A stretch of DNA of 63,115 nucleotides, filler included, from Porpidia crustulata (GCA_964255105.1; 17 parts of 17 records of this genome joined end to end with filler, not necessarily neighbours in it), one strand, 5' to 3'; counted from the first letter of the whole stretch, positions 1-11,007 are shown. The notes: generated by a model from the sequence alone, not told the origin. Translations and numbers: made by a program.

Positions 1-207
1 CCACCTTGATCCGGTGGGCTGCTGGGGATGTTGGGGAAGGTCTGATCGTAACACACGACATGTGTAACGTTTCGACGAAACCCAATGCGATCGAATAGTG
101 TTTGTTTCTGGTAGGGTTACGAACTTCAAACACTAGATACCGTTTTTTCTCATTCGATTAAAACGGGTAGATGAAGATTATGATCTCCGTAAACTATTGT
201 CCTGTAT

Positions 208-1381
208 CTAGAAAGGCGGCAAATGAAAAGGGTAGCCCCCATTTTTAATGCGGAAGACACTTAGCAAAAAGCTGTACATAACAAGCATGACACCTCCCCA
301 CGCAAATACAGCCATTTGTTGTTTCTTCGGATCAGACATTCGTGGTACCTTCAACGCCAGAGCGATAGTTGCAAAGGACAGAGTACCATCTGTATGACGG
401 TCAATCTCGAAAGTCTGCGCTATATAAGATCGAAAAAAGACTCACACATTGCGGCCACAATTTGGGTCTCTAGTCCAAATTGGTTTGAAAATCCACCAGC
501 AAAATAGCTGATCCCTCCTTTCCCGTCACCCGAAACATAAGGAACTTTCCTTATATGGTTAAACATATGGCCACTTGTAAAGAGCAGTATGATGATGAGG
601 CTGATGGCGGCCCAGAGATTCCTATTCTGCACGATAGGGAGTACGTAAGGCGATGCTACGCTGAGGAATGACAGAATACCCAGCACACTTGTGGTGACAG
701 CGATTATGCGAAAGTAATTCAAAGGTCGGTAGATTGGTGGTTTCGGGTCGCTTGGCAAATGCCGAGTAATCCAGTCGTAGACTTGATCGGCTGATTGTGA
801 GCTTTGACGTATATTTAGATTAGTACGTGCCCCTCTCACCGCTTGATATCTGCATGACTCACCCCATTGTGAAGTCATATCGAATAGGTTGATTGCCAGG
901 CTTGGCATTGGGCCCTATCGTTGGCGGAAAGAACAGCAAGATTGGGGCGGTCTGCAGCATGAGCTACACATAACATTAGTACTTCTTTTAACTGTGGCAG
1001 AGCATGGAGGTAGCCTCTATCGCTTCATACCTTCTGGAAAGTACCTTTTCCATCTACAAAATCCAGTGTTCCGTAGAGCATGCGAGTATTTCCGTCCCTG
1101 TCACCACGAGCCCAGCTCTTGCCGATCAGATCCCATTCGGACTGAAAGTCACGACAAAGTTGACATCCAAAGCGTGCCTCTAGCGCAGTAAGCAGAATAG
1201 CTACACTGTAATCTCGTGGAACAGCAGTTAAGCCATCATATGAGGTATCGTCGAGTTTCAGGGGAGCTGAGGAGAGTGATTCCAGATGATATCTCTCAAA
1301 TGTATCGCCGAAATCTTTCGGTATAGCTAGGGATACAGAAGGGACCAAGCTCAGAATAAAAGCATTGAGGACCCTCATCAT
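208..1381 (-). CDS. OST3: Oligosaccharyltransferase gamma subunit (OST3/OST6 family), multi-exon
   Basis: Signal peptide MMRVLNAFILSLV. Thioredoxin-like CQLC motif (FGCQLCRDF). LFTSGHMFNHIRKVPY and FSNQFGLETQIVA motifs. C-terminus FRIKNGGYPFHLPPF* with TAG at 210-208. GT-AG introns join ORFs 1025-1429 and 420-908. Confidence 0.93.
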
Positions 1382-1590
1382 GTCGCGACGTCCGATGTGT
1401 ATAAGTGTAGTAGACAGAGCGAGAGACAATTTATTGTATGTAGTTGTTCAATCCGGTGAACGGAGAATATTTTATCCGACACTAGACTAAGCCTCTGTTT
1501 ACCAATTCTCTGAGTCGCGCCTGGCAGTTAGGTGATCAACAGTGAGCTACCACACCTTACTTTGTGTATTGTCTTGGGAGACCTATTCCA

Positions 1591-3338
1591 ATGGAGACGA
1601 ATACACAGCATGATAGCCCGGCGATTGCGGAGGTAGTGATAACACTCCATTCTGTCATGATCTACGTCGCTGATATGACCCATCGTAGCTTCGGCTGGTT
1701 CTAGAAACCCGGGCGCTGGAGATTGAATATGAGAAAACTACGCAACGATGTGAAAGCTTATTGCGCGATGAGATGGCGAGACGGTCGCGGCTGCAAACAC
1801 TGCTCCTTGAACACGAGAACAATGATTTACATACGCAATTAGCCGTGGAGAATGAACGCGTAAAGGAACTGGTCAATTACTGCAAGATCGTTGAAAATCA
1901 GCTAGAAGAAGCCGACAACAGTATTAAAAGTGCACAGAGTGATCTACGAGTGAAGACGCGAGAAGTTGAGATTTCAAAGGTAGAGCATCTTGTTGCATTA
2001 CACTTGTGGATTCTAATAGTCTCGTAGACAGAGTTGAAATCGCTGCAAGGTGTGACAATAGATTCGACGAAGATACTCACAGAAAAACTCACATTGGCTC
2101 GTGAACTATCGATTTTGAGACCCGAAGTGGAATATTTGCGATCTCAGATGGCGTCGCAACACTCACTGCTTGCTGACAAGTCTTCTCTTCAGCGGCAGTT
2201 GGGTACGTGCCAGGTAGAACTAGAGACGGAGAGAAATTCTATACAGCGTTTACTGGCCAGAGAGGATAGGCTCAAGACCCAGGATTCATTACACGAGAGC
2301 CGATTACAAGACCTTCAAGCAGAACTGGCAACGGAGAAGCTTGAACGCCAGAAGGCGGAACGGCAGGCACAACAGGAATCTACCGAGTGGGAGAATCAGA
2401 TCATCATACTTGAATCCCGCGCCAAAACTTTCAAAAACAAATTCAAGGCCACATATGAGAAACTTCAAGAAGAACAGCAAAAGAAGTTCAACTCAGCAAC
2501 ATCTACGATCGCCAATGCAAATAGTGCAATTGCTGCTGGTGGTGGGCGAGAGGCGGCAAGTAAGAACCCCGGGAAGAGAAAGGTGGCTTCCCTGGATTCT
2601 GATAAGGAGATTGGCACACCAGGCGTCCTTCTAGCTTTGAAGAAAAGCAAGAGAGCCTCAACTCTACCAGGAGATAAATCTATGTTTTCTATTACCCCGT
2701 TCTTGAATCGCACGGGGAGCTTAGCACCTGCAAGTCCAATCAGTGGAAGAAGTGATAGCGGCGAAGATGAGCGCTCGGATAGAGCGGTAGCTCACCCAGA
2801 TGCACCGCAGTACCCCAATGAAGGCTCCCCCGCGACGGAGCCTCGTGAAATCCTGCCAATTCCCAGTACCAGCGAAGACGCGCGTGTATCGACGACGAAA
2901 TGCCTTGGAAGAGTGAGACCAGGAAAGGTAGGTGTAGGGGCCGTTCCTAAAAGGAAGAAACCCTTGAATGTACCGCATTTAGAGCAGGTTCCTGAGGAAG
3001 GAAATAATGAGGAGGGTGGGACTTTTAACACAGCTCGGCCTAAGGTCGTAGACGACGTGCATACAGGCAGCTCCAACAGCGATGACATCAATCTGAAGAA
3101 GCGGAAACGAAAATTCCTCAAGGGATTTCCGGCTGGAACAATCTTTGATGAGGATGAAGAAGAGGTCTCAAAAGGCGGTCGGGGACCACTACGAGGAGTG
3201 AGAGATTTCCGCGCCTTGGGTAGAGCGAAACTTGATGGGGCACGACTTTGTGATCGGGCTCAGTCTAGCCAAGCCAAGGAAGAATTTGGCGCATTCTCGC
3301 CTCTAAAGAGGGATAGAAAGGCTATATGGATATCTTGA
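1591..3338 (+). CDS. Coiled-coil protein, Mde4/Lrs4-like monopolin subunit (tentative), 3 exons
   Basis: ATG at 1591; introns about 1633-1688 and 1980-2027 join ORFs 1761-2027 and 2034-3338. Long N-terminal coiled coil, then ESTEWENQIIILES, FSITPFLNRT, KKRKRK and FSPLKR, matching the motif order I recall for S. pombe Mde4. Confidence 0.6.
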
Positions 3339-3653
3339 TAACGTGCCTGTTTGTTTCGCAATAAACTGGCTTAAGGTGGAGCCTAGTCGGAAGTCTTTAT
3401 GGTTTTACGGAGATGATAAGAGCTGGACCTTACTAGAAGGAGGAATATACATCATCGTATGGAGGCCCTAGGCGGCCATTCCTCATCATTTCAAAGTATT
3501 GCTGTTGCCGAAAACTCTGCTTTTCGAGGAATTTGAGTCCGAAATTTCGACGTCCATGTGTGCAATTCTAACGAGACATGACTGCAATTATCTCTTGAAC
3601 CATGACCTACTACATACGAAATATAGTGTAACGGTTGTTCTAATAACAACACA

Positions 3654-3753
3654 NNNNNNNNNNNNNNNNNNNNNNNNNNNNNNNNNNNNNNNNNNNNTTA
3701 ATTAATTAANNNNNNNNNNNNNNNNNNNNNNNNNNNNNNNNNNNNNNNNNNNN
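3654..3753. other. Artificial contig-joining linker (N44-TTAATTAATTAA-N44), first of 16
   Basis: Identical 100-bp spacer with stop codons in all frames, also at 7407-7506, 11144-11243, 14879-14978, 18611-18710, 22336-22435, 26059-26158, 29781-29880, 33501-33600, 37218-37317, 40934-41033, 44649-44748, 48354-48453, 52054-52153, 55743-55842 and 59431-59530. Intervening contigs shrink from 3653 to 3585 bp. Confidence 0.98.
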
Positions 3754-4761
3754 GGCTAGATCCTCACGTGTACAACAGTAGAGTCAACCATTTCTATATC
3801 ATCAAAAAATTTCCTTCCCTCCCCTTCACCCAAAACCACCAAAAGCAATAGCACATTTACATCCAATCCTATACCTCGTAGTTCTCGTTCCCGTATTTGA
3901 AGTAGGTAGGATCTTGTGGATCATTAGACCGTACGAGGCTTGGCTGAGGTTTTGATTGGATGGGGTTGCTTACTTTGTCTGTTTGTTCTTCTCCCTCGAT
4001 GGTAATGTGGTAGTTCCGGTGGCTCGGTTTTTGTTTCAAGTCGGCGGTGTTTGTTTGGAATGGGAAGAGGTTCTCCTGGGAGGGGGAGCTGGTGGTGGTC
4101 GTCATTTCGTAGGAAAACTTTCAGTAGTAATTCGGGTTGTCCGATAAAGTTTGTCCGTCGATGAAAGTGGGAAGGGATGCCGTCAACGATGCTTTTTGTA
4201 AGCACTTCCACATTGGAGGATGGCGAAGACGAGTCAGTAGGTCAACCCAGGAGGTTGTGAACTTCTCATCGCTTTCGGTTTACCCGAGGGCACTAATTTC
4301 TTGTGAGCGTTGATCGATGGAGGCTGTGTCGATCATCTCGATCCAATCCACATTGGTTAAGGCGATTTTGTCCTATTGGATTTAAGCGTCTCTGTGCTTT
4401 GGATGCTCTCCTTTTTCTACTAGAGAACCATCACCACCTGATAATAAGATTTAGCACCATTTTGCTGGTGATAGCATTTGAGGGTATTCAAACGGTCGAA
4501 CGAGTAATAAGTGGCTGACCTCTGCTGGCAGATACGTGACTGCGGTTCTGCTTCGACCTCAGCAACTGCTCTGCTGCGTCATCAGGCACGCAATGTTCGA
4601 CATCTGAAGTTTACTGAGTCCTCCTATAGGATTGAACGTATCACCTCTGACGGCTCTGAGAATAGCATACTAGAGCAAAAATCTAGGGGCCGTGGCTTTT
4701 GAAGGTAGAACAGCTTCCTTCCGCGCGGACTGAGATGTTTGACAATGCCAAAAATTGGCCG

Positions 4762-6033
4762 TCATCTCGAACTTCGCAAATCGACACCCCGTGAGGCCCC
4801 CTGTGCTACGTTGTTCGCACTTCGGCTCACAGCTTTCCCTGATCTTCCATTGGCATGATTTTGGACGCTCGTGGTCTGCGGATATTTGATCCTGTCTTCA
4901 ATCGCGATCGCAAGATCAACAAGATCCGACCGTGTCTGCGGCTGCTCCGAAATTTCTCGAATGGCATCCACAATCTCCGGCCGCAGACTTCGCAGTAGAT
5001 GGTCGCGCCGTTCTACATCGGTAAAAGGGTCCAGCTGATCTTCCAAACCATATACATAAGTGATGAAGTCGCCGACTGCTTGATCCTTGCCTTGGCGAGC
5101 ATCGGCATGTTTCCATTTTACGTTGTAAGAGATTGACTCCGGCATCTCAAGGACGAAAGTCTTGAATGTCGGCCAGGTTTGCTCATGTATAGGGACTTTC
5201 TGGTGCCAATAAGCCTTGACGTCTTTAGGGAGGAGCTTTATTGCGTAATCAATCTTGGCCTCGTCACTCCCGAACATTGCCGTGTTATCCTCGAAGGTGG
5301 AATCGCAGATGCGAGTGAAATGGAAGTACTCTAAGGACGTTATGCCTTTGTATACGGTTCCATTGAACTTGGCTGATCTATATTCCTCGACCCTTCGGCG
5401 CTTTGCCGCTGCCTCTGATGTCTGTTCATCTTCCTCTGAATTTCGTATATTTATGACCTGGCGGTATGTGTTGGCAGCCATTATCCCAGTATTACCGACA
5501 TCGCGTTCTTCGCCCACACTTTCCGAATGCCGACGCGCCTCTGCGACCTGTCGTCGTAGATCCATAACTCGATTCTTACGACTCAAATATTCCAACTCTC
5601 TGCGCAAACGTTCTTCCTCCTCTTCTAGATTTATTTCTGGACTCTCGGTACGCGCATTCACCGCAACTGGCGCCGGTATAGGGCCAGCCTCACCTGTCTG
5701 CCCGTTCTGCAGCGCAAGACCCTGCCAGTATTTCACCTGCTCCTCCAAGCGTGCAACCTGCTCGATCAATTCTTCATTCTTCTCTGCTCGCTTTTGCCGA
5801 GACTTGCGCGCGGCCAGCCGATTTCGCGCCCGCCTGATCGCAACGGTATCAGTTCCTCCCCGCGCATTTATCGGGATCTCGACTTCTTCCATTGAATCGC
5901 CTGCCCTTGGCTGACGACTTTCGCTTCTCCGCTGTCTGCTAGTCATGGCGTTGTTGCGTGTTCGGCCTCTATGGTCATACCTGAAGTATGTTTGTTGAGT
6001 CATAGCAAGCGAGAAGTCGTCATCGAGGGTCAT
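4762..6033 (-). CDS. Chimeric protein: Cpc1/Gcn4-type bZIP + coiled coil + retrotransposon Gag capsid-like domain
   Basis: Uninterrupted 423-aa ORF. aa62-108 DTVAIRRARNRLAARKSRQKRAEKNEELIEQVARLEEQVKYWQGLAL is a bZIP (N-x7-R plus zipper). aa228-382 (YKG...F...F...DEAKIDYAIKLL...AYW...TWPTFKTF...ARQGKDQAVGDF...LLRSLRPEI...LVDLAIAIE) follows the Ty3/gypsy Gag capsid pattern. Confidence 0.75.
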   Translation of the reverse strand: MTLDDDFSLAMTQQTYFRYDHRGRTRNNAMTSRQRRSESRQPRAGDSMEEVEIPINARGGTDTVAIRRARNRLAARKSRQKRAEKNEELIEQVARLEEQVKYWQGLALQNGQTGEAGPIPAPVAVNARTESPEINLEEEEERLRRELEYLSRKNRVMDLRRQVAEARRHSESVGEERDVGNTGIMAANTYRQVINIRNSEEDEQTSEAAAKRRRVEEYRSAKFNGTVYKGITSLEYFHFTRICDSTFEDNTAMFGSDEAKIDYAIKLLPKDVKAYWHQKVPIHEQTWPTFKTFVLEMPESISYNVKWKHADARQGKDQAVGDFITYVYGLEDQLDPFTDVERRDHLLRSLRPEIVDAIREISEQPQTRSDLVDLAIAIEDRIKYPQTTSVQNHANGRSGKAVSRSANNVAQGASRGVDLRSSR

Positions 6034-6212
6034 TTGCGTCTTGGTACGAACTTGGCACCGTAATCCTCTTATCAGGCCTGGATAGGACTAGTGTCGTCTA
6101 TTCTCTAACTGAGGCAAAACAAGCACGCGAGCAAGCCTGCAAAATTATGGACACCCTACATTTCCATTGCAGAACTTGACAACATATCTCCTGAGGGCCC
6201 GCCCACCTATCC

Positions 6213-7173
6213 ATGAAGCTATTCCTCATCCGCCATGGAGAAACAGTCGACAATGTTGCACAAATCTAGTATAACTCCCCGATGGCTAATTAATCCAGAC
6301 CCTCCCCACTAAAATCATGTCAGTGCCGGTATCAAGGATTCCGCTCTCACCATCCATGGCAGCCTCCAAGCCGAACGCCTCGGTCAATTCTTCGTACAAA
6401 ATGGCCAACGCTTCACTAGGCTCTTTTCTTCCGATTTACAGCGAGCGGTCAAGACAGCAGAAGCGATACGTGGGGCGCAACTGAAAAAATATGGCGAGGA
6501 CGTAGCGAATACAGTGCAGGTTATCCAGTCTCGAAGTTTAAGAGAGCAGGACTTTGGATTCTACGAGGGCAAGCCTTTCTACGCTCGACCGCGTGGTTCC
6601 AATAAGACAGGCAAGGAGAGTCATCGAGATCGACATGTCGATGATCCGGAATTCAGGGATGTTGAATCCAAGGAGTCCATGAACTTGAGAATGAATGATT
6701 TCGTCAAAGACCAAATATCGCCGTTGATCAAAGGCGAGACGTCTGAGCGTGAGGAAGTTGTTTCGGTGGTCTCTCATGGCATTATCTTGTCCCATCTTTG
6801 GAGGTCGATATTGAAGCTTTTCGGGAAAGCTTCCGTAATACTAGCTCCAGGGCTTTCCGTTGGTGGTAGTGGTATGACGCCTTTGGAGTATCTTGGCGGG
6901 TGGTCAAACACTGGATACCTGGAGCTAGATATCCAATGTAACAGGCCAACGGACACCACAAGTCATGGCCAATGCTCTACAACCACCAAACCCGAAGCTC
7001 AAAGCATGGGTCCTGAAGAATCCTGTCCACCCTCCCTGAGGATGATCATCAAGACCGTCAACGGAAAGGAGCATCTAAAAGGCCTCAAACGTACGCGGGG
7101 TGTTGGGAGTTCCCAATATGATGAAGGGCAGAAGAAGATCGAGTCATTTTTCAAGAAAGTCAAAGTTAGCTGA
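6213..7173 (+). CDS. Histidine phosphatase / phosphoglycerate mutase family protein
   Basis: MKLFLIRHGETVDN (RHG motif); intron about 6269-6323; FSSDLQRA, LREQDFGFYEG and VVSHG motifs; C-terminal QKKIESFF (PIP-box-like). Confidence 0.9.
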
Positions 7174-8888
7174 CAAGAAAGATCTATCCCTTTTACACTA
7201 TTTCAGACACCGCCTATACTGATTGGCCTTGGAGCATTGCACTCATGAAAACCGGGTACTCTCAAATATCGCTTCGGTCTAAGAAGGAAAGCGGTAACCA
7301 CGAGCCTCCTTCTGACCTCTACGGCCTCATACCATTGATATCCATGTCGAGGAAATTATGTCGCATCAGCCACAAACGAAGCACCCTACAAACGTCGCAC
7401 AAATACNNNNNNNNNNNNNNNNNNNNNNNNNNNNNNNNNNNNNNNNNNNNTTAATTAATTAANNNNNNNNNNNNNNNNNNNNNNNNNNNNNNNNNNNNNN
7501 NNNNNNGTAAAGTGGGGTGTGCACGGGACCGGAACGTGCACGGGCCCGGGAATACTCCTATATCTACTAGTCTTGGTTAGGGTGGCTAAGGCGTATTCAG
7601 TACCAAGATATATTACATTAGTTTCCAACTTCAGAGCTATCACGCTTGACTTCTCCGTCTCGAGCGTAAGTATTGCATAACAGAGTTGTCAATTGTCCAG
7701 AGTCTACACAAGAACCATCATCAGAGCACTTACCTCTCAGGGAAAGACTTTGAAAAGGCTTCTGTTCAGCATGTCATCAACATGGATAGTTGTCGTCCGA
7801 TATTTGTACAAGACAAAAATACTCTTTCATAATAGACATTAAAGAATTCATGATTGCTGGTTCCCCTGGTGCGTCCTTGATAAACGAATCCATTGATATG
7901 CTTCCTTTCTGTTCTGAAGTATTACACCTAGTGACGAGTGAAAGAAGGATGATTTGGAGGCCCCTGACATCGTACTCTCCTTGAATATTTTTGTTCCAAC
8001 CTCGTTCCTCTGTCTTGTCATACCATCATACCATCATCCCACAACAGTAGCCGAAGCACTCCTTTCCACGCCGACCATACTTGCACCATCGATAGACCGA
8101 CTTACCACCGTTTCTCATTTACCTACACCGTGCGCCTCCGGGACTTCCGTAGGTTCTTTGTGCGCATTTACTGTCACAAACGGCTGCGCGTGGACCCGGA
8201 CGCGTTGTATGGTGTGATCCTGTTGTGGAGCCGGGACGTCTGGGCGACCAATGGCGATCGCTCGAAGGGTTGCAGGTTTGACTACCCGTGAAGAGGCAAA
8301 CAAAATCTTCATGTCGTTGCCGCCATCTCTAATGGAATGTTTCAAGCTCTATCGTCAATACTGCTAGACTCTGTGTGGTCTGCGGTGGCCCGCTACTCTA
8401 CGTGTCTACCTCAGCACGCTCAGGTATGAACAGCCTATCCTGTTGGAGGTGGCTGTGTTTGTCCAAAACGGGTTAGCTCTGCCGAGATTAGGGGCAAGGA
8501 TGGGTTTGAGGCACGTGAAACGGATATTTGGTTTCAACTTGGTGGATTCAGGGTTCGGGGAGTCTAACCAAGAATGGCGATGGTGACGAACGATCATCAG
8601 TAGCGAGATGAGAGGATGCGCGTGCAGAAGATGGACATACGGAGAGGGAATTGAAGCGAGGATGCGAGACAGGAGGAGGGAAAGGGGAAGGACTGGACTG
8701 CGCGCGGTATTTCGTTTTTTGGGAGACGAAGATCGAATAGAGTAAGTAGTTTTGTGATTTTCTTTTATATCCGAGTCCACGAAATTCGCTTCCGTGACCC
8801 AAGAGGGGTGAAACCAGTCTACAGGTATGAGCCAAACGCCATTTTCTTGTCCAAATCCTCCAAGGTCCGCCTTTCCCTCCACATCCAA

Positions 8889-9710
8889 TCAATAAAAGGT
8901 AATCCGAAGAATGCTATTGCACGACCCAAAGTCCGGCACACCCGTCCCACCGGTCACGTACGTCGCGCTGCGCAACGTCTTGGGGCTGTTCTTCAGTAGC
9001 GGGTTCGCCGCGTCGGCGGGACTCAGCTTCACCGTCGACTCCCAATTGGATACGGCAACATTCGGCGTTGGTATGTTCCCGTTCCCCAGCGTCGCCGGCA
9101 GAATCTTGACGCCATCGGACCGTGTCGACTTGAGGGCCGCCGGCGCTGCGGGCAAGATGTCCGTCGTGATGCCGTTCCACTGACCGCCGTAGGCAGAGCC
9201 GAGTGGATCTGTCGAGGCAATGGTGGCGGGGCCGTCGTAGCCGCGCTCGAGGCTGACGTCGCCATGAGCACCTTGACAAGGGTGGTAGATGTTAATGGCG
9301 CCGTTGTCTTTCACTTGGAATTCGACCCAGGTGGAGGGCTGGAGCTTGCCGCGCTGGACGTGGCCTTTCCAGGCTGTATCCAGGAAGACAGGGACGGTGG
9401 CGCCGGGGTGGACGACGGTGGGAAGAGTTCCAGACTCGCCTTGGCCGGCGTCGGCTCCGTCGTTTTTGAAGAAGTAGAAGGTTTCCTGCTTGCTGGATTT
9501 GTTTTCTAGTAGAATGCCGGATTTGATACCCTGGGTATTAGGTTAGCAGTAGTCTAAGTGACCACATTGCGGGCAATTTACCTGACGTGGAGAAAGGTGT
9601 GAGCTGGAGTACCCATGTACAGGCGATCCAGCACCAGAGTGAATGAGTGTGATAAATACACAGAGAAGCTTAAGGAGCGAAGAGAGAGATATTCCACGGT
9701 AGCAAAACAT
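8889..9710 (-). CDS. Secreted protein, tentatively allergen Asp f 4-like
   Basis: ATG at 9710 gives a signal peptide (MFCYRGISLSSLLKLLCVFITLIHSGAG). One GT-AG intron about 9531-9581, then WKGHVQRG...STWVEFQ...AHGDVSLERGYDG...AT.YVTGGTG. The gene is well supported; the family assignment is uncertain. Confidence 0.6.
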
Positions 9711-10670
9711 AGTAGCTGAAGAAAATCACGAGAACACGTAAAAGACCGTATGAACAAAACCTAGTTGTGAGAACACTGCCAATCCCTTTCTGGGAATATC
9801 CAGCATGTTATACACCGCAGCCTGCAGAATCAGCCTGCAGAAGAGGACTTGATCGCTGGCCATCGCTAGATGCGGCGTACAAAATCCTTGAAACAATAGT
9901 GCAGAGCTGACCAACAAAATCCATCCTTTTTTAGGATACTGGCAACATGCCGGGCATAACAAGCCGGTGGGCAAACAATAAACAGTGGGGGAGGATACGC
10001 AGAAGGAATCAGTCCTCTCCCGTTTAGGCTCTTCGTGGCACGTCTGGATGTCAGCTGGAAGCAGTGCCATCATTTGCATATTCGTGGCAGGGCACGGTAC
10101 TCTATCAATCAGCCATCATCAGACATTGGACCATGGTTTTGACGTTTATCCTTGAGATGGCGATAATATGTCAATATTTGTGCGTTATCGATCATGTTCA
10201 TCGAGCATATCTCGGACATACTCCATGTCGAGAACGAAATGCAAAAACATTGTTGATTCATACTCCTGGGTCCCAAGGATGATAGCTCAATTCAGGACCC
10301 GAAGCTGCATGAAAAGAGATAACCCCAGTGGGTCGGACAAAGAAGGTAGGAGAATCCTGAGATGCCTTGTCGGAGACTCTACCTGTAGAGTGGAGAATTT
10401 TCTGATCGTGAAGCTGCAGGTATAGGGGAAACGCGTATGATGGTCCCACTCATTAGTCCCAGATGAACTGCTAATTTGGCTTGCCTGATGATTCTCAGCT
10501 CAGCCTTGCTATTGCAGCCGTTCTCAAACCACTTGAAAGACAGCGTGATCAAGCAGGTACGACAATAGGGCAGTGTCAGGGCAGTGTGGTTGTACGATAG
10601 GTAGTGGAAAACGCAACATGTTCCAGCTTGCAAGCGATCACCTCATTGGTGTGTTGAGGTACCTATACAG

Positions 10671-10763
10671 CTCGCTCTCACCCCTCAACGGACCACCTTA
10701 ATCAGCACTAGTAGATATGACCCTAACCCTAGGCTGAGTGGTCCGTTGAGGGGTGAGAACGAG
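10671..10763. mobile_element. MITE copy 1 (93 bp; 26-bp TIRs; internal CCCTAACCCTAG)
   Basis: CTCGCTCTCACCCCTCAACGGACCAC (10671-10696) versus GTGGTCCGTTGAGGGGTGAGAACGAG (10738-10763): 25/26 complementary. TA follows the right end. Related copies at 33718 and 36312. Confidence 0.8.
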
Positions 10764-11007
10764 TACTACTACTAATGAATTTCGGGAATATCGGGGATAA
10801 GTCCGCTCGAATTCGCCAAATCCTACCTACTCATGCTCCATGTTCTAGGTTTAAGCTTGTCAACGCGCCAATCTCAACCCGAGCAGCCTATTGAAGGTTA
10901 AGACAAGTAGAAAACCCCGATTATCTCCGTAAAACACCTGCTGTGCGGACCATACCTTGTGATCCAAAAACGCAGATATGTAATACACCGCTCCTCTCGA
11001 TCAAGCA

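Noticed and set aside
3869..4761. Possible pol continuation or further exons downstream of the Gag-like ORF
   Set aside because: The minus-strand frames I translated are short and stop-ridden, with no D(S/T)G protease, YxDD RT or integrase motif.
5255..5914. 219-aa plus-strand ORF antisense to the bZIP-Gag gene, and similar long antisense ORFs at 24115-24816 and 49154-49783
   Set aside because: Shadow frames of real genes, with Ser/Arg-rich composition and no motifs.
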